The notes: generated by a model not told the origin, from the sequence alone. A stretch of 64,000 nt of DNA from an uncultured Treponema sp. (GCF_934725225.1 NZ_CAKVAM010000007.1:13035-77034), one strand, 5' to 3'. Numbered from the stretch's first letter, positions 8,995 through 19,778 are shown. Translations and numbers: made by a program.

Positions 8995-11841
8995 TTATTT
9001 TTCTTTCATTGTGAAAACGCCGTCCCATTTTTCGCCGGAACCGTATTTTAAAAAGTAGCTGCAACGTTTCATAAACACATCGGACGACATATCCTGCGGG
9101 AAGCATTCCTTTGCATTTTTAAAGAACTGGTACGCTTTCTTGAAATCCTCTGGATCTTTTGGAGTTTCAGGGAAATCATTTCCCTTTAAATACCATTTGA
9201 TTCCTTCATTGAAAATTTCCGCGGCTTCAATTTGCTTTGCCGGAAGTTCGTCTTTAAGTCCTAAAATGCAGTGAATCTGAACAGGATTTTCAATGTTCAC
9301 AACACGCACAAAGTCGAATTTCCGCGCGACTAAAAGTCCTTTGTTTTCTCCGTTGTCCGCGGCGTTCCAAGTGCTGTCCGAGCACATTATCCAGGAATTG
9401 TAAACTTTGTTTGTTCCTTCAAGACGGGACGCAAGGTTTACGTTGTTTCCCATGACCGTATAATTGAGCTTCTTTTTTGTGCCCATGTTTCCAACGACCA
9501 TGTTTCCTGTGTTTATTCCTACGCGGGAATTCAAATAGAACGGTTCTCCTGTGCGCGGATTTATCGGAAGCTTGTCTTTGTTTTCCTCGTTGTATTTTGC
9601 TTCCGCCTGAAGCATTCTTATTCCTGCAAGGCACGCATGGAACGCATTTTCTTTGTCGTCAACCGGCGCGCCAAAAAACGAAACAATTTCATCTCCTACA
9701 TATTTGTCGATTGTTCCGTGGCAGTCCATTATCGCATCGCTCAAAGCTCCAAGGTATCCGTTCAAAATTGAAACAAGCCTTTCAGCGCCTTTGCTTTCGC
9801 CTTCCGCATTGTTTACAGCTTCCGTGAATCCGGAGAATGTCTTTACGTCTGAAAAAAGCGCGGTTATGTTTTTGCTGTTTCCGCCGAGTTTTGCAGTTTC
9901 CGGATTTTTGATGATTTCATCTACAACGGCAGGAGCAACATAAGCACTGAATGTTGACTGGAGGAATTTTTTGTCCGAATTTATCGCATGGAAATTTACG
10001 ATAATTCCCGAAAAATAATTCAGAAACGAAAATGCAAAAAGAACTACAAACGGAACATAAATATTGAACTGCGTCATCAAAATGAAAAACAGCGCAAGCG
10101 GAACAACTACGTACAAAAATCTTGTGAAGTTTTTCTTTCCTGTGCTGAATTTTGCCGTTATGCGCATTGCAAGCAAAATGAAAATCACGCAGAATGCAAG
10201 TCCCCAAAGCGGATCAATTTCGCGTATGAATTTTTTCTGAAGAATTGTGTTGATAACGTTTGCGTGAAGTCCAAGGTTTGCGTATTGCTTGGAAAATGGC
10301 GTTACTCCCAAATCTGTGCTGGATGTCGCCGAGTTTCCGATTATGCAAAATGCGCCTTCCATGCTGCCTTTTAACATTTCAAAGTCGCGAAGATAAAATT
10401 CAATGCTTTTTGAAAGTTCCGCAAGTTCAGGAATCTGCTCAAATCCCGGAACTGTTGCAAATGAATCAGAAAATTCCTTGAGGTTTTTAAAGAATTCTGT
10501 TCTGGCTGAAAAATATTTTTCGTAATCTTCTTCAGAAAGTCCGCCTTTTATTGCTTTTCCTTCCTCGTCAAATCCGCGGCACTTTAATAGAAGACGTTTT
10601 TTTGAATTTGAAAGTTTTTCGTATTCGTCTTCAAAATACATGGAATTCAAAATATATTCTGCATCTTCCTCTGAAAGCGAAGATAAATCCGCATTTTTTA
10701 TATTCGCAAGATTTTCTATTATCAGTTTTTCCGCAAGATCAAGGTTGTAAAGCAAATACGCCGGAACGTGCCTAAAGCTGTCCACGTAACTTTCGTGAAG
10801 CCAGTTTATCAGCATCCGTCCGTGCTTATCCAGCGGAATTGAAATGCTGTATCTTGAATCTGAGTCTGGATTCTTTAAGCCTTGCAGAATTATTGAATTT
10901 GAAGTTCTTTCCATTGACTGAACATCCAAAAGCTTCATAAGCGGCGCAAACGAAAGCTGCCCGACATATTTTCCGTTCTGAAAATTCAAAAGTTCAATTC
11001 TGCGCCTGATTCCGTCTTTGTCTACAATAACATTTGTAAATCCAAGTCCTTGCGCGCGTGAAAGAATTTTATGAATCGCCGGAGTAAATCCAAGTTCCTG
11101 GCTTGCTTCTTCTTTTACTGAATAAATGTTTCCTTTTTGAATAAGATTTTTTTCGTCTGTTACATTGTTAAAAAGAAAGCGTGTTCTGGCGTAATTTTCT
11201 TCGGATTCATCGCTTTTTTGCGCAATGTGCCTCATGTTTACGGTCAGCGAAGTGTTTCCAAAGAACTGAACGCATCTTGCAAAGAAATCATCGTAGTCAA
11301 GTTCAAACCCGGAAGTGATTTCCTTTTGCATTTCGTAAAGAATTCCGTCGATTTCATTTGAAATAAGATTTTCTGCGTGTTCCTGAGCATTTTTCGCGTT
11401 TACCGTTCCGCCTTCAATTCCGCTCGCAAATTCCGAAATTGAACTTGAAATCGCCTGCTCGCCGTCTATAAAAGTCTTGTTTACTGTGTCGCTTAAATTT
11501 TCGTTTACGCCTTTTGAAGAAGGTGAAATGTATTCAATATCGAATACAGCTTGTTTTGCGCCGAATTCCTTCATGCGGATTAAGGCGTTTCCCAAAATAT
11601 CTCGGGTCCAAGGCCAAGAGCCGACTCTTCCAAGAGATTCGTCATCAACATCTACAATTACAATGTTTGGATGCGCCTCGATTCCTTTTGTTATTTTCAG
11701 CATTGAATCATAAAGCCTGTAGTCGAGCTTTTGAAAAAGGCTTGTCTGAATTGCCAGTACGCTCAAAAGCGCAAAAACCGCCATAATAATCAGTTCTGTC
11801 TTAGTTTTAAAAAATTCTTTGAATTTATTTTTCATTACCAT
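8995..11841 (-). CDS. CHASE2-domain class III adenylate/guanylate cyclase
   Basis: CHASE2 motifs (IVIVDVDDESL, WPWTR, DKDGIRR), TM helices, cyclase motifs FSDVKTFS, IDKYVGD and NLASRLEG. Confidence 0.93.
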   Translation of the reverse strand: MVMKNKFKEFFKTKTELIIMAVFALLSVLAIQTSLFQKLDYRLYDSMLKITKGIEAHPNIVIVDVDDESLGRVGSWPWTRDILGNALIRMKEFGAKQAVFDIEYISPSSKGVNENLSDTVNKTFIDGEQAISSSISEFASGIEGGTVNAKNAQEHAENLISNEIDGILYEMQKEITSGFELDYDDFFARCVQFFGNTSLTVNMRHIAQKSDESEENYARTRFLFNNVTDEKNLIQKGNIYSVKEEASQELGFTPAIHKILSRAQGLGFTNVIVDKDGIRRRIELLNFQNGKYVGQLSFAPLMKLLDVQSMERTSNSIILQGLKNPDSDSRYSISIPLDKHGRMLINWLHESYVDSFRHVPAYLLYNLDLAEKLIIENLANIKNADLSSLSEEDAEYILNSMYFEDEYEKLSNSKKRLLLKCRGFDEEGKAIKGGLSEEDYEKYFSARTEFFKNLKEFSDSFATVPGFEQIPELAELSKSIEFYLRDFEMLKGSMEGAFCIIGNSATSSTDLGVTPFSKQYANLGLHANVINTILQKKFIREIDPLWGLAFCVIFILLAMRITAKFSTGKKNFTRFLYVVVPLALFFILMTQFNIYVPFVVLFAFSFLNYFSGIIVNFHAINSDKKFLQSTFSAYVAPAVVDEIIKNPETAKLGGNSKNITALFSDVKTFSGFTEAVNNAEGESKGAERLVSILNGYLGALSDAIMDCHGTIDKYVGDEIVSFFGAPVDDKENAFHACLAGIRMLQAEAKYNEENKDKLPINPRTGEPFYLNSRVGINTGNMVVGNMGTKKKLNYTVMGNNVNLASRLEGTNKVYNSWIMCSDSTWNAADNGENKGLLVARKFDFVRVVNIENPVQIHCILGLKDELPAKQIEAAEIFNEGIKWYLKGNDFPETPKDPEDFKKAYQFFKNAKECFPQDMSSDVFMKRCSYFLKYGSGEKWDGVFTMKEK

Positions 11842-11913
11842 GACAAAAACTATATCATATAGTATAATTTCTTGTAAATGAACATTTGTGAATATTATTT
11901 TTAGAGGAGTGAT

Positions 11914-12384
11914 ATGAAATTTTTTACTTCGATTTTTCTGTTTGCTCTCATTTCTGTTTCGGCTGTTTTTTCTCAGTCTGCGGAAATGGTGGAGAAAACT
12001 GTATCTGCTGAAAAGCTCACTTACGGAACTGCCGCATATTTTACAGCAGTCGCAATGGGCTATATTTCAGATGACGATTCAGAAGAAGACGCTGTTGATG
12101 CTTGGAAAAAAATAGGAGAAGAGTATTCTAAACCAGCCATAAAAGCAGAGATTTCCGCGGAAGATTTTATCAATTTTGAAAATCTTGCCTGGCTGTGCTA
12201 TTTTACTTGGGATGTTCCAGACAGCCTTATGATGAAGCTTTTTCCAAGTCCGCGCTATGCCTTTAAGCAGCTTCGCAATGGCGGCGTAATTCCATTTTCT
12301 TTTGATCCAAAGCGCATTCCGACTGGCAGGGAATTTCTTAATGTTGTTACAGACTGCATTGATTTTTATGAGGTGAGAAACTAG
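11914..12384 (+). CDS. Exported hypothetical protein
   Basis: GAGGAG SD, signal peptide, first gene of a 3-gene operon. Confidence 0.75.
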   Translation: MKFFTSIFLFALISVSAVFSQSAEMVEKTVSAEKLTYGTAAYFTAVAMGYISDDDSEEDAVDAWKKIGEEYSKPAIKAEISAEDFINFENLAWLCYFTWDVPDSLMMKLFPSPRYAFKQLRNGGVIPFSFDPKRIPTGREFLNVVTDCIDFYEVRN

Positions 12385-12385
12385 C

Positions 12386-13624
12386 ATGAATATAAAAAAA
12401 TATTTTGCCGCCGTTTTATTTTCAGTTTTCACTGCATTTGCTTTTTCTGCTGAACTTTCTTTCTTTTTGGGCGATAACACAGACTTGAAATTTGATGGCG
12501 AAGAATACAGTGAGCCTAGATTAAAGCAGAGCGAGGCTTTTTCTGCGCTTGCAAAAATTCCTTTCAATAAAAAAGGCACAACATTTCTTTCTTTAGAAGC
12601 CAGCCTTAGCCATAGCTATGAAAAAATCTTTGGCGACCATGAGAATAGCGAAAATGAATTTATTGCAGATTTAAATACTTTGAAGTTTTCTTCTATTATA
12701 GAATGTTCTGCTGGAAAATTCTTCTTGGATGCGGGCCGCCTTTTCTTGTCAGATCTTTCGCAAACTGTTTTTGCCCAATCACTTGACGGAGCTTCTGCGC
12801 AGTTTTCTGCTTCCTGGCTTGATGTTTCTGTATTTGGCGGATACACAGGGCTTTTGAATTTAAAGAATATTTCCATTATGAACAGCAGTGGCTACGAATG
12901 GACTCCAGATGATGAAAATGACTTCTATGATTTTTGCGCTCCTTACATAGCAGGCGGAGTAAAAATCAGTTTTCCGTATTTGTTGCTCAACCAGACAATT
13001 TCTTTGGAAGGCCTTGGATTTTGGGACACAGAAGGTCCTGCTGATTCTCCAAAAGATGAAGACAACCGTTTTTACGGAACTTTGCGCTTGGACGGACCGC
13101 TTGCTCCTATGCTTTTTTACGGCTTGAGCGGAACTGCCTGTTCTACAGATTTTTCTGATTTTGGATTTTTGGGAAAAGCAAATATTTCTTTGTTCCCGGA
13201 TTTTAAGTCTTCTTCTATTACGCTTTCTGCTTTTTATGCTTCTGGAGACAGAGGTCCTTTTGTTCCGTTTATTGGATTTACACAGGTTACAGCCTGTCTT
13301 TCAGCTGATGAACCGACTTATTCAGGCGGATCAGAATTAGGATCAAGATTATTAGACAAAACTATTTATAAAGGAATTTCAAAAGCTGGATTGTCAGCAT
13401 CTATAGTTCCAATTGACAAGCTTTATTGTGCTGTTGGTGGAGATGTTGTTTTCCTTGACAGAGATGATAGTGCGTTTGATTATTATGGTTTCCAAGTTTA
13501 TGGAAATGCAAAGTATTACTTGTTCTCTGATGTTGCTTTTACGCTTTCTGCAAGCCATTTTGCAGGAGATTCAAGTGATTCCAGCAGAACAGAAATTGCG
13601 CTTAATGCGGTTATTTCGTTTTAA
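12386..13624 (+). CDS. Probable outer-membrane beta-barrel protein
   Basis: Signal peptide, amphipathic aromatic-rich strands, terminal Phe (VISF). Confidence 0.6.
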   Translation: MNIKKYFAAVLFSVFTAFAFSAELSFFLGDNTDLKFDGEEYSEPRLKQSEAFSALAKIPFNKKGTTFLSLEASLSHSYEKIFGDHENSENEFIADLNTLKFSSIIECSAGKFFLDAGRLFLSDLSQTVFAQSLDGASAQFSASWLDVSVFGGYTGLLNLKNISIMNSSGYEWTPDDENDFYDFCAPYIAGGVKISFPYLLLNQTISLEGLGFWDTEGPADSPKDEDNRFYGTLRLDGPLAPMLFYGLSGTACSTDFSDFGFLGKANISLFPDFKSSSITLSAFYASGDRGPFVPFIGFTQVTACLSADEPTYSGGSELGSRLLDKTIYKGISKAGLSASIVPIDKLYCAVGGDVVFLDRDDSAFDYYGFQVYGNAKYYLFSDVAFTLSASHFAGDSSDSSRTEIALNAVISF

Positions 13625-13648
13625 CCGTAAAATTTTAGGAGGTGTTGT

Positions 13649-14734
13649 ATGAAATTGAGTTTTAAGTTTTTGCCGTTGCTTGCTTTTGCAGCTTTTGCGG
13701 GCTTTTCAGCTTCTGCTTTGGAAGCGAAATTTGTAAGCATTGAAGGCAAAGTTGAAATTCTGGAAGGCGGAATGTGGATTCCTGTTGAAGAGGGCGATAT
13801 TATTCAGGAAAAGGGCGCCGTTATTTCAACTGGATTTAAATCGAATGCTGTAGTTTCTGTAAAAGGAACAAATTTTACATTGGGACCGTTGACAAGAATT
13901 ACAATTGAGAACATGGTCGCAATGGAAAACAAGGATTCAACTCAGATTTATATTGATTCAGGCTCGCTCAAAGCAAATGTTTCTTCTTCTGATGGAAGAA
14001 AAGTCGGCTTCAAAGTTCGTTCAGCGGTTGCAACGGCTTCGGTAAGAGGAACGGAATTCAAAGTTACTTCTTCTGGACGCCTTTCTGTTATGCAGGGACT
14101 TGTAAGTTTTGGCGGTCCTGAAGCTTCTTCTGCGGAAGTTGCTAAATCCGAGGATAATTCTACTGACATCGCTCCATCTGAAGAAAGCAATGCAGGAACA
14201 GTTGCTTCTGCAAATGAAACTTCTGACGGAAACGTTGCCGCCGAAGAACATCCAAAATCAACTCCGTTTACTTCTAGCGCAGAAGTTGGAGAAAAAAATG
14301 GAGTTCCAGTTTTTGCAGGCCAGGTCAGCAAGTCTGATGTTATAGCAAGCAGACCTTCAAATCCTCATACAGAAAAAGTTGTGTCAAGCGCAGGAAGTTC
14401 TTTTGGAAGCGAATCTATGGGAATAAATTTAATTTCTGGTGAAGCTAATGCAATTGCCGCAGAGACCGATGCTGGTCATTCATCAACGAGTACTTCAGGA
14501 GATTCAGCTCCTTCGGGAGATTCTTCAAGTTCAGGAAGTTCATCTGGTTCAGGAAGTTCATCTGGTTCAGGAAGTTCTTCCGGTTCAGGAAGTTCTTCCG
14601 GTTCAGGAAGTTCTTCCGGTTCAGGAAGTTCTTCCGGTTCAGGAAGTTCTTCCGGCACAAAACCTGGCACTACTCCTACACCTTCTACTAAAACAACAGG
14701 TGCAGTTAAGATTAATATTAACTGGGGAGATTGA
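13649..14734 (+). CDS. FecR-domain protein with Ser/Gly linker
   Basis: Signal peptide, FecR-like ATASVRGTEF motif, (SGSSSG)7 linker. Confidence 0.75.
   Translation: MKLSFKFLPLLAFAAFAGFSASALEAKFVSIEGKVEILEGGMWIPVEEGDIIQEKGAVISTGFKSNAVVSVKGTNFTLGPLTRITIENMVAMENKDSTQIYIDSGSLKANVSSSDGRKVGFKVRSAVATASVRGTEFKVTSSGRLSVMQGLVSFGGPEASSAEVAKSEDNSTDIAPSEESNAGTVASANETSDGNVAAEEHPKSTPFTSSAEVGEKNGVPVFAGQVSKSDVIASRPSNPHTEKVVSSAGSSFGSESMGINLISGEANAIAAETDAGHSSTSTSGDSAPSGDSSSSGSSSGSGSSSGSGSSSGSGSSSGSGSSSGSGSSSGSGSSSGTKPGTTPTPSTKTTGAVKININWGD
14529..14654 (+). repeat. In-frame 18-bp tandem repeat, 7 copies
   Basis: GTTCAGGAAGTTCWTCYG x7. Confidence 0.95.
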
Positions 14735-14837
14735 TTTATTAACGAAAAACTTGTGATTTTGTAAAGTAACCCAAAATGCGCCCCGTTGTTATTTTTGCAG
14801 CGGGGTTCGTTTGTTTTATAAAATGGAATTTTAAAAA

Positions 14838-15608
14838 ATGAAATTAAAAAAGAAAATTGTTTTAATGTGGAAACTTCTTTTTTTTGCTTTTGCGATTATT
14901 TTTTCAGGCTGCAAAGAAAAAAATGTTCCCAGCATAAAAGTTGCTTCAGACGACTCTATTGAAATTCAGCCGCGCGAAAGTTCTTCTGCGCTAAAAGAAA
15001 ATTTTTGGACAAGTGAAAATGGAATTGTCTGCGTGCTTATTGGATACGGTTTTAATGACGATGATTTTGTAAAAAAGGCGATAAATTCCTTGGAGAAAAA
15101 ATTCGGACTTGCTGAAAACGGCGGACTTGTTCTTCCGATTGTTTTTCCAGATGATTTGCATGGCAGAATTTCAAGTTTGCGTGATATAATTGAAAAAAAC
15201 AATGTGCATGGAATTGTTCTTCTTGGCGCGCCAGAAAATACGCATTCTCCGCTTGCAAGAATAAAAGAAGAGTGGAATGGAAATCCGCCGTTCAATGTTT
15301 TTTCGATTTTTCCGCAGGATGATGTTTTGGGACAGGAATTCACTTGCAGTTTTGTGATTGACCATGAATATACGGCTGGAATTCAGTTTGGCGACGAAGA
15401 AAATAAAAATGAAGACGACGACACTTTGGCGCTTTTGATTTCGGCTGTTGAATATGCCGCGGAGCTTCCGTTTGTTCTTCCGCAGGACAGCGACCTTTAT
15501 TATCATGTTCAGGCTGTGGCAGGAAAAAGAAAAGTTGCCCGCTACGTTGATAGCGAAACTGGAATTCAGTCAAGAAATCATTTTATAATTTTAAATTCGG
15601 CGGAATAA
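14838..15608 (+). CDS. Hypothetical lipoprotein
   Basis: Lipobox IFSGC; first gene of a tightly packed operon. Confidence 0.7.
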   Translation: MKLKKKIVLMWKLLFFAFAIIFSGCKEKNVPSIKVASDDSIEIQPRESSSALKENFWTSENGIVCVLIGYGFNDDDFVKKAINSLEKKFGLAENGGLVLPIVFPDDLHGRISSLRDIIEKNNVHGIVLLGAPENTHSPLARIKEEWNGNPPFNVFSIFPQDDVLGQEFTCSFVIDHEYTAGIQFGDEENKNEDDDTLALLISAVEYAAELPFVLPQDSDLYYHVQAVAGKRKVARYVDSETGIQSRNHFIILNSAE

Positions 15609-15609
15609 A

Positions 15610-16284
15610 TTGAACACACTTTTACAAGACGAATCTTTGCTTATCGGCAGCCGTGAAGAAATACAAAAACTCGCAATAAAAGATTCTGCGCGGATTCTTG
15701 TGGTGTCGGATTCTCATGGCGCGTATTCTAATCTTTTGCTGATTTTGCGTCAGTTTGGAGTTATAAGCGATGCCCTTGTTTTTTGCGGCGATGGAATTTG
15801 CGATATTTCCAATCTGATTTCAAATGCCGTTGATGAAGCTGAAGTTAAAGCTATTATTCCGCCTGTAATTGGAATTGTCGAAGGAAACAATGACGCTGAC
15901 CTTTATCCTGTTAGAAATGTTCTTTCCGACGAGCCTTATTATGTTCAGCTGAAAGTTCCGATTTTTAACGTGCTTGAAGCCTGCGGACAAAGAATTTTTT
16001 TTACGCACGGACACAGAAATTCTCTTTATCTTGGCACTGGTGAAATTGTTTCCGCGGCAAAGAAAAACAACTGCAAAATTGCGCTTTACGGCCACACTCA
16101 TATTGCAGCAGAAAAACTTGGTGAAATTTTTACTATAAATCCGGGAAGTTGTTTTAGACCTCGCGGCGGACAAAAACCTTCATTTGCGATGTTAAATTTA
16201 ACAAAAAACATCGGATTTGAATGTATTTTTTATGAACTTTCAAGTTTGGGATGCAAACCGTTTTTTCCAGCTAGGACTTTTTGA
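15610..16284 (+). CDS. YfcE-like metallophosphoesterase
   Basis: SDSHG, CGD, GNND, THGH, GHTH and NPGS motifs. Confidence 0.9.
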   Translation: MNTLLQDESLLIGSREEIQKLAIKDSARILVVSDSHGAYSNLLLILRQFGVISDALVFCGDGICDISNLISNAVDEAEVKAIIPPVIGIVEGNNDADLYPVRNVLSDEPYYVQLKVPIFNVLEACGQRIFFTHGHRNSLYLGTGEIVSAAKKNNCKIALYGHTHIAAEKLGEIFTINPGSCFRPRGGQKPSFAMLNLTKNIGFECIFYELSSLGCKPFFPARTF

Positions 16285-18404
16285 AAATGCCGTTGCTTGA
16301 GCTAAAAAATGTTTACTATGAATATCCTCGTTCAAATAAAATTGCGCTTAAAAATATAAATTTTTCTGTGAGCAAAGACGAATATATTGCGGTTCTTGGG
16401 CTTAACGGTTCTGGAAAAAGCACGCTTGCCCGACTTATTGCAGGATTTTTTGAGCCTTCAAAAGGTGAAGTTATAAAGCAAAATGGAATTCTTCCCGGCA
16501 TTGTTTTTCAGCAGCCAAAAGAGCAGATTGTAGCCGGAATCGTTGAGCGCGACACGGCTTTTGGTCCGCAGAATCTTAGCATGACGGAAGCGGAAATTGA
16601 ACTGCGCACAATCGAATGTCTTTCTGTCGTTTCTCTTGTGGACAAAGCGTTGAGCAAAACTTTTGAGCTTTCTTTGGGGCAGACTCAGCGGCTTGCTTTC
16701 AGCGGAATCCTTGCGCTTTTTCCGGATTTGCTGATTCTTGACGAAGCCACGGCAATGCTTGATCCGGATTCAAAAAATCAGCTTGTGGAATTTGTAAACG
16801 CTTGGAACAAAAAAGGGCACACCGTTATTTCTGTTACGCACGATTTGGACGAAGCTTTGGCTGCAAAAAGAATCGTTGTGATGGAGCAGGGACAGATAAT
16901 TTTTGACGGCTCGCCAAAAGAATTTAAAGAAAACAAAAATATTTTTGAAGCGATTTTTGGAATTGACGGTGAATACACTTCGTTTAAAAATTTAAATTCA
17001 GAAAAAAATAAATTTGAAAAAACGGCTTTAAAAGTTCAGGAACTTTCGTTTTCTTATGGCAATTTTTCAGTTTTTAAAAATATTTCTTTTGAGCTTAAAA
17101 AAGGAACTCTTGTTGCTTTGACAGGACCGAGCGGCTGCGGAAAATCAACGTTGTTTGAATGTCTTGCTGGTCTTAAAAAAAATCAAGGCGGAAAAATTTA
17201 TGCTTTGAGCCGGCCGGTGCTTGGCTTGCAGGAAAGCGAAGCTGCATTGTTTGAGCCATATTCCGCGGATGACGTTGCGTTCGGTCCTAAAAATAAAAAT
17301 ATAAAAGGCAAGGAACTTTTTGAGCGTGTAAAAAAATCCATGGAACTTGCTGGGCTTGATTACAAAAAATACGGAAATCTTCCGGTTGTTTCGCTTAGCG
17401 GCGGTGAAAAACGAAAACTTTCTGTTGCGGGGCTTATTGCACTTGACAGCGACATTTTGATTTTTGACGAGCCGACTGCTGGCTTGGATCCGGTTTCAAG
17501 AAAAAATCTCCTTGCATCTTTTAGAAAACTCACTGAAAGCGGAAAAACTGTTTTGTTTAGCACGCATAGATTTCAAGAAGCGGAAGCTGCTGATTTCAGA
17601 CTTCGCTGGGAAGATTTGATTTCCAAGCCTGAAAAAAATTCAGATTCAGATTTGGGCAATTTAAAGGAAATGGAGCTAATTGAAAATGCTTCACTTCTTG
17701 AAAAAATTTCCAAAGCGGCTTCAGTTTTTTCTGCGCCTGAAAAAATTCCGCCTTCGTTTGTAAATTCGCTTTCCGCAGGCAAGAAAACATTTTTATTTTT
17801 GATTCTGTTTTTTGTTTCAATTTTGCTTCCGTTTCCGGCTTGCATTGCGATGATTTTTATAAACATTTTGTATTCCGTTCTTGCAAAATCGCCGCTAAAA
17901 AATTCTTTTAAAATAATTGCGAAACTCATTCCTTGGATTGTGATTTTTTCTTTGCTCGGAATTATTCTTTTTCCTGTTTATGAAGGAGACAAAATTCTTT
18001 TCAGCTGGAAAATGATTTTCGTCACGCCGCGGAAACTTTTGCTTTTTGCAGCTTCCTTTGTTCATTCAATCTGCGCCATTTTTGCGATTGGAACTTATAT
18101 TTTTACTGCGGATGAACGGCAGGTTATGGACGGAATCGCCGCTATTTTGAAGCCGCTGAATTTCTTTAAATTTCCTGTCAGATGCGTTGTCTTGATAGTT
18201 GGAATTATTTTTAGATTTATACCGTTGCTTTTAGATGAATTTTCGGGCATTATAAAAACACAGATTATCCGCGGAACATTTGGCAGCGCAAAAGGAATAA
18301 AAAAATTAAAATCGATAATTCCAGTTTTTGTGCCGCTCGTTCTTCAGACAATACGAAAAGCACGCTGTCTTGCTGATGCTCTTACTGCAAGATATTTTAA
18401 ATAG
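16281..18404 (+). CDS. ECF transporter fusion: two ATPase domains plus T (CbiQ/EcfT) component
   Basis: Walker A GLNGSGKST and GPSGCGKST; AFGP motifs; C-terminal TM domain with FRFIP, IRG and ALTAR. Confidence 0.85.
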   Translation: MKMPLLELKNVYYEYPRSNKIALKNINFSVSKDEYIAVLGLNGSGKSTLARLIAGFFEPSKGEVIKQNGILPGIVFQQPKEQIVAGIVERDTAFGPQNLSMTEAEIELRTIECLSVVSLVDKALSKTFELSLGQTQRLAFSGILALFPDLLILDEATAMLDPDSKNQLVEFVNAWNKKGHTVISVTHDLDEALAAKRIVVMEQGQIIFDGSPKEFKENKNIFEAIFGIDGEYTSFKNLNSEKNKFEKTALKVQELSFSYGNFSVFKNISFELKKGTLVALTGPSGCGKSTLFECLAGLKKNQGGKIYALSRPVLGLQESEAALFEPYSADDVAFGPKNKNIKGKELFERVKKSMELAGLDYKKYGNLPVVSLSGGEKRKLSVAGLIALDSDILIFDEPTAGLDPVSRKNLLASFRKLTESGKTVLFSTHRFQEAEAADFRLRWEDLISKPEKNSDSDLGNLKEMELIENASLLEKISKAASVFSAPEKIPPSFVNSLSAGKKTFLFLILFFVSILLPFPACIAMIFINILYSVLAKSPLKNSFKIIAKLIPWIVIFSLLGIILFPVYEGDKILFSWKMIFVTPRKLLLFAASFVHSICAIFAIGTYIFTADERQVMDGIAAILKPLNFFKFPVRCVVLIVGIIFRFIPLLLDEFSGIIKTQIIRGTFGSAKGIKKLKSIIPVFVPLVLQTIRKARCLADALTARYFK

Positions 18405-18419
18405 ATAGTTGGAGAAATT

Positions 18420-19775
18420 ATGCTTAATATGAAAACTTTGGTTGCGCTTATTGCGTTTTTGATGTATGCGCTTGTGATTTTATTTCAGAACAAAAAAGTT
18501 TTATTTACAACTGGAGCGGCAGTTCTTGTTGTTATTATTGCGACTTTTTTTCCGGGGCAGATTTTTCCGCTTCCGCAGGATGTAGTTGCGCTTGAAGGAC
18601 AGTTTCCGCAGAGAATATACGCGCTTTATCATTCTGTATTTGAAATCATAAACTGGAACGTTATTATGATTTATCTTGGCAGCATGATTATTGCCTCGCT
18701 TTTTATTTATTCAAAAGTTCCAGTAAAAATCGCTGACAAAATTGTGAACAGCAGCCGGAACACTTGCATTGCGATGGTTGCGATTCTTGCGATGACGGGA
18801 ATAATTTCAATTTTTGTTGAAAATGTCGCTACGGTTCTTGTTATGGCTCCGATTGGACTTGCGCTTTGCTCAAAGCTGAAAATAAATCCTACATTTTTTA
18901 TGATGGGACTTGCCGTTATGAGCAACCTTGAGGGAACTGCGACTTTGGTTGGAGATCCGCCTTCAATGATTTTTGCAAGCTACGCCGGATACAATTTCAA
19001 CGACTTCTTTTTTTATTTGGGGAAACCTTCAATTTTCTTTATAATTCAGGCTGGAATGCTTGCCGGATGCGTTTTCTTTTATTTCTTCTTTGCGAAAAAT
19101 AGAAAAAACAAAGTTCAGGTTGAAAGTGAAAAAGTAATTTCCTGGGTTCCTTTTGTTTGCCTTTTGCTTATGATTTTTGGACTTGCCGGAGTTTCGTTTG
19201 TGAATACCCGGTTTGAGTATTTGAGCGGAACTTTGGTCATGTCGATTGGAATTTTGTGCTTGCTTTGGTTCAAGTTGTTTCAGAAAAAAACAAACGCCGA
19301 AACTGCAAAAGTTGTAAAAGAACTTGACTGGGAAACTATTTTTTTCCTGCTTGGAATTTTTGTTGTAATCGGCGCAATAAAAGAGACTGGGCTTTTGAAT
19401 GACCTTGCTGATTTGCTTGTGAATGTTACAGGCGGTTCCGAAGTTGCGGGCTTTTTTATAATCCTTTTGATTTCTGTTATTGTAAGCGGATTTGTTGACA
19501 ATGTTCCTTATATAATCGCGATGCTTCCTGTTGCTGGCGGAATGGCGGCACAAATCGGAATAAACCCGGAGCTTTTTATGTTTGCGCTTTTGGTCGGAAG
19601 CTGCCTCGGCGGAAACCTTACGCCATTTGGTGCGAGCGCGAATATTGTTGCAATGGGAATTTTAAAGAAAGAAAATTATCCTATGAAATTTTCTGGCTGG
19701 CTTAAAATCGGAGTTCCGTTCACGCTTATTACAACGGCCGCCGCATCTGCTTTGCTTTGGTTTATCTGGGCGTAA
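18420..19775 (+). CDS. ArsB/NhaD/SLC13-family ion transporter
   Basis: Multiple TM helices; ENVAT, GTATLVGDPP, DNVP and GGNLTPFGASAN motifs. Confidence 0.9.
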   Translation: MLNMKTLVALIAFLMYALVILFQNKKVLFTTGAAVLVVIIATFFPGQIFPLPQDVVALEGQFPQRIYALYHSVFEIINWNVIMIYLGSMIIASLFIYSKVPVKIADKIVNSSRNTCIAMVAILAMTGIISIFVENVATVLVMAPIGLALCSKLKINPTFFMMGLAVMSNLEGTATLVGDPPSMIFASYAGYNFNDFFFYLGKPSIFFIIQAGMLAGCVFFYFFFAKNRKNKVQVESEKVISWVPFVCLLLMIFGLAGVSFVNTRFEYLSGTLVMSIGILCLLWFKLFQKKTNAETAKVVKELDWETIFFLLGIFVVIGAIKETGLLNDLADLLVNVTGGSEVAGFFIILLISVIVSGFVDNVPYIIAMLPVAGGMAAQIGINPELFMFALLVGSCLGGNLTPFGASANIVAMGILKKENYPMKFSGWLKIGVPFTLITTAAASALLWFIWA

Positions 19776-19778
19776 TTT

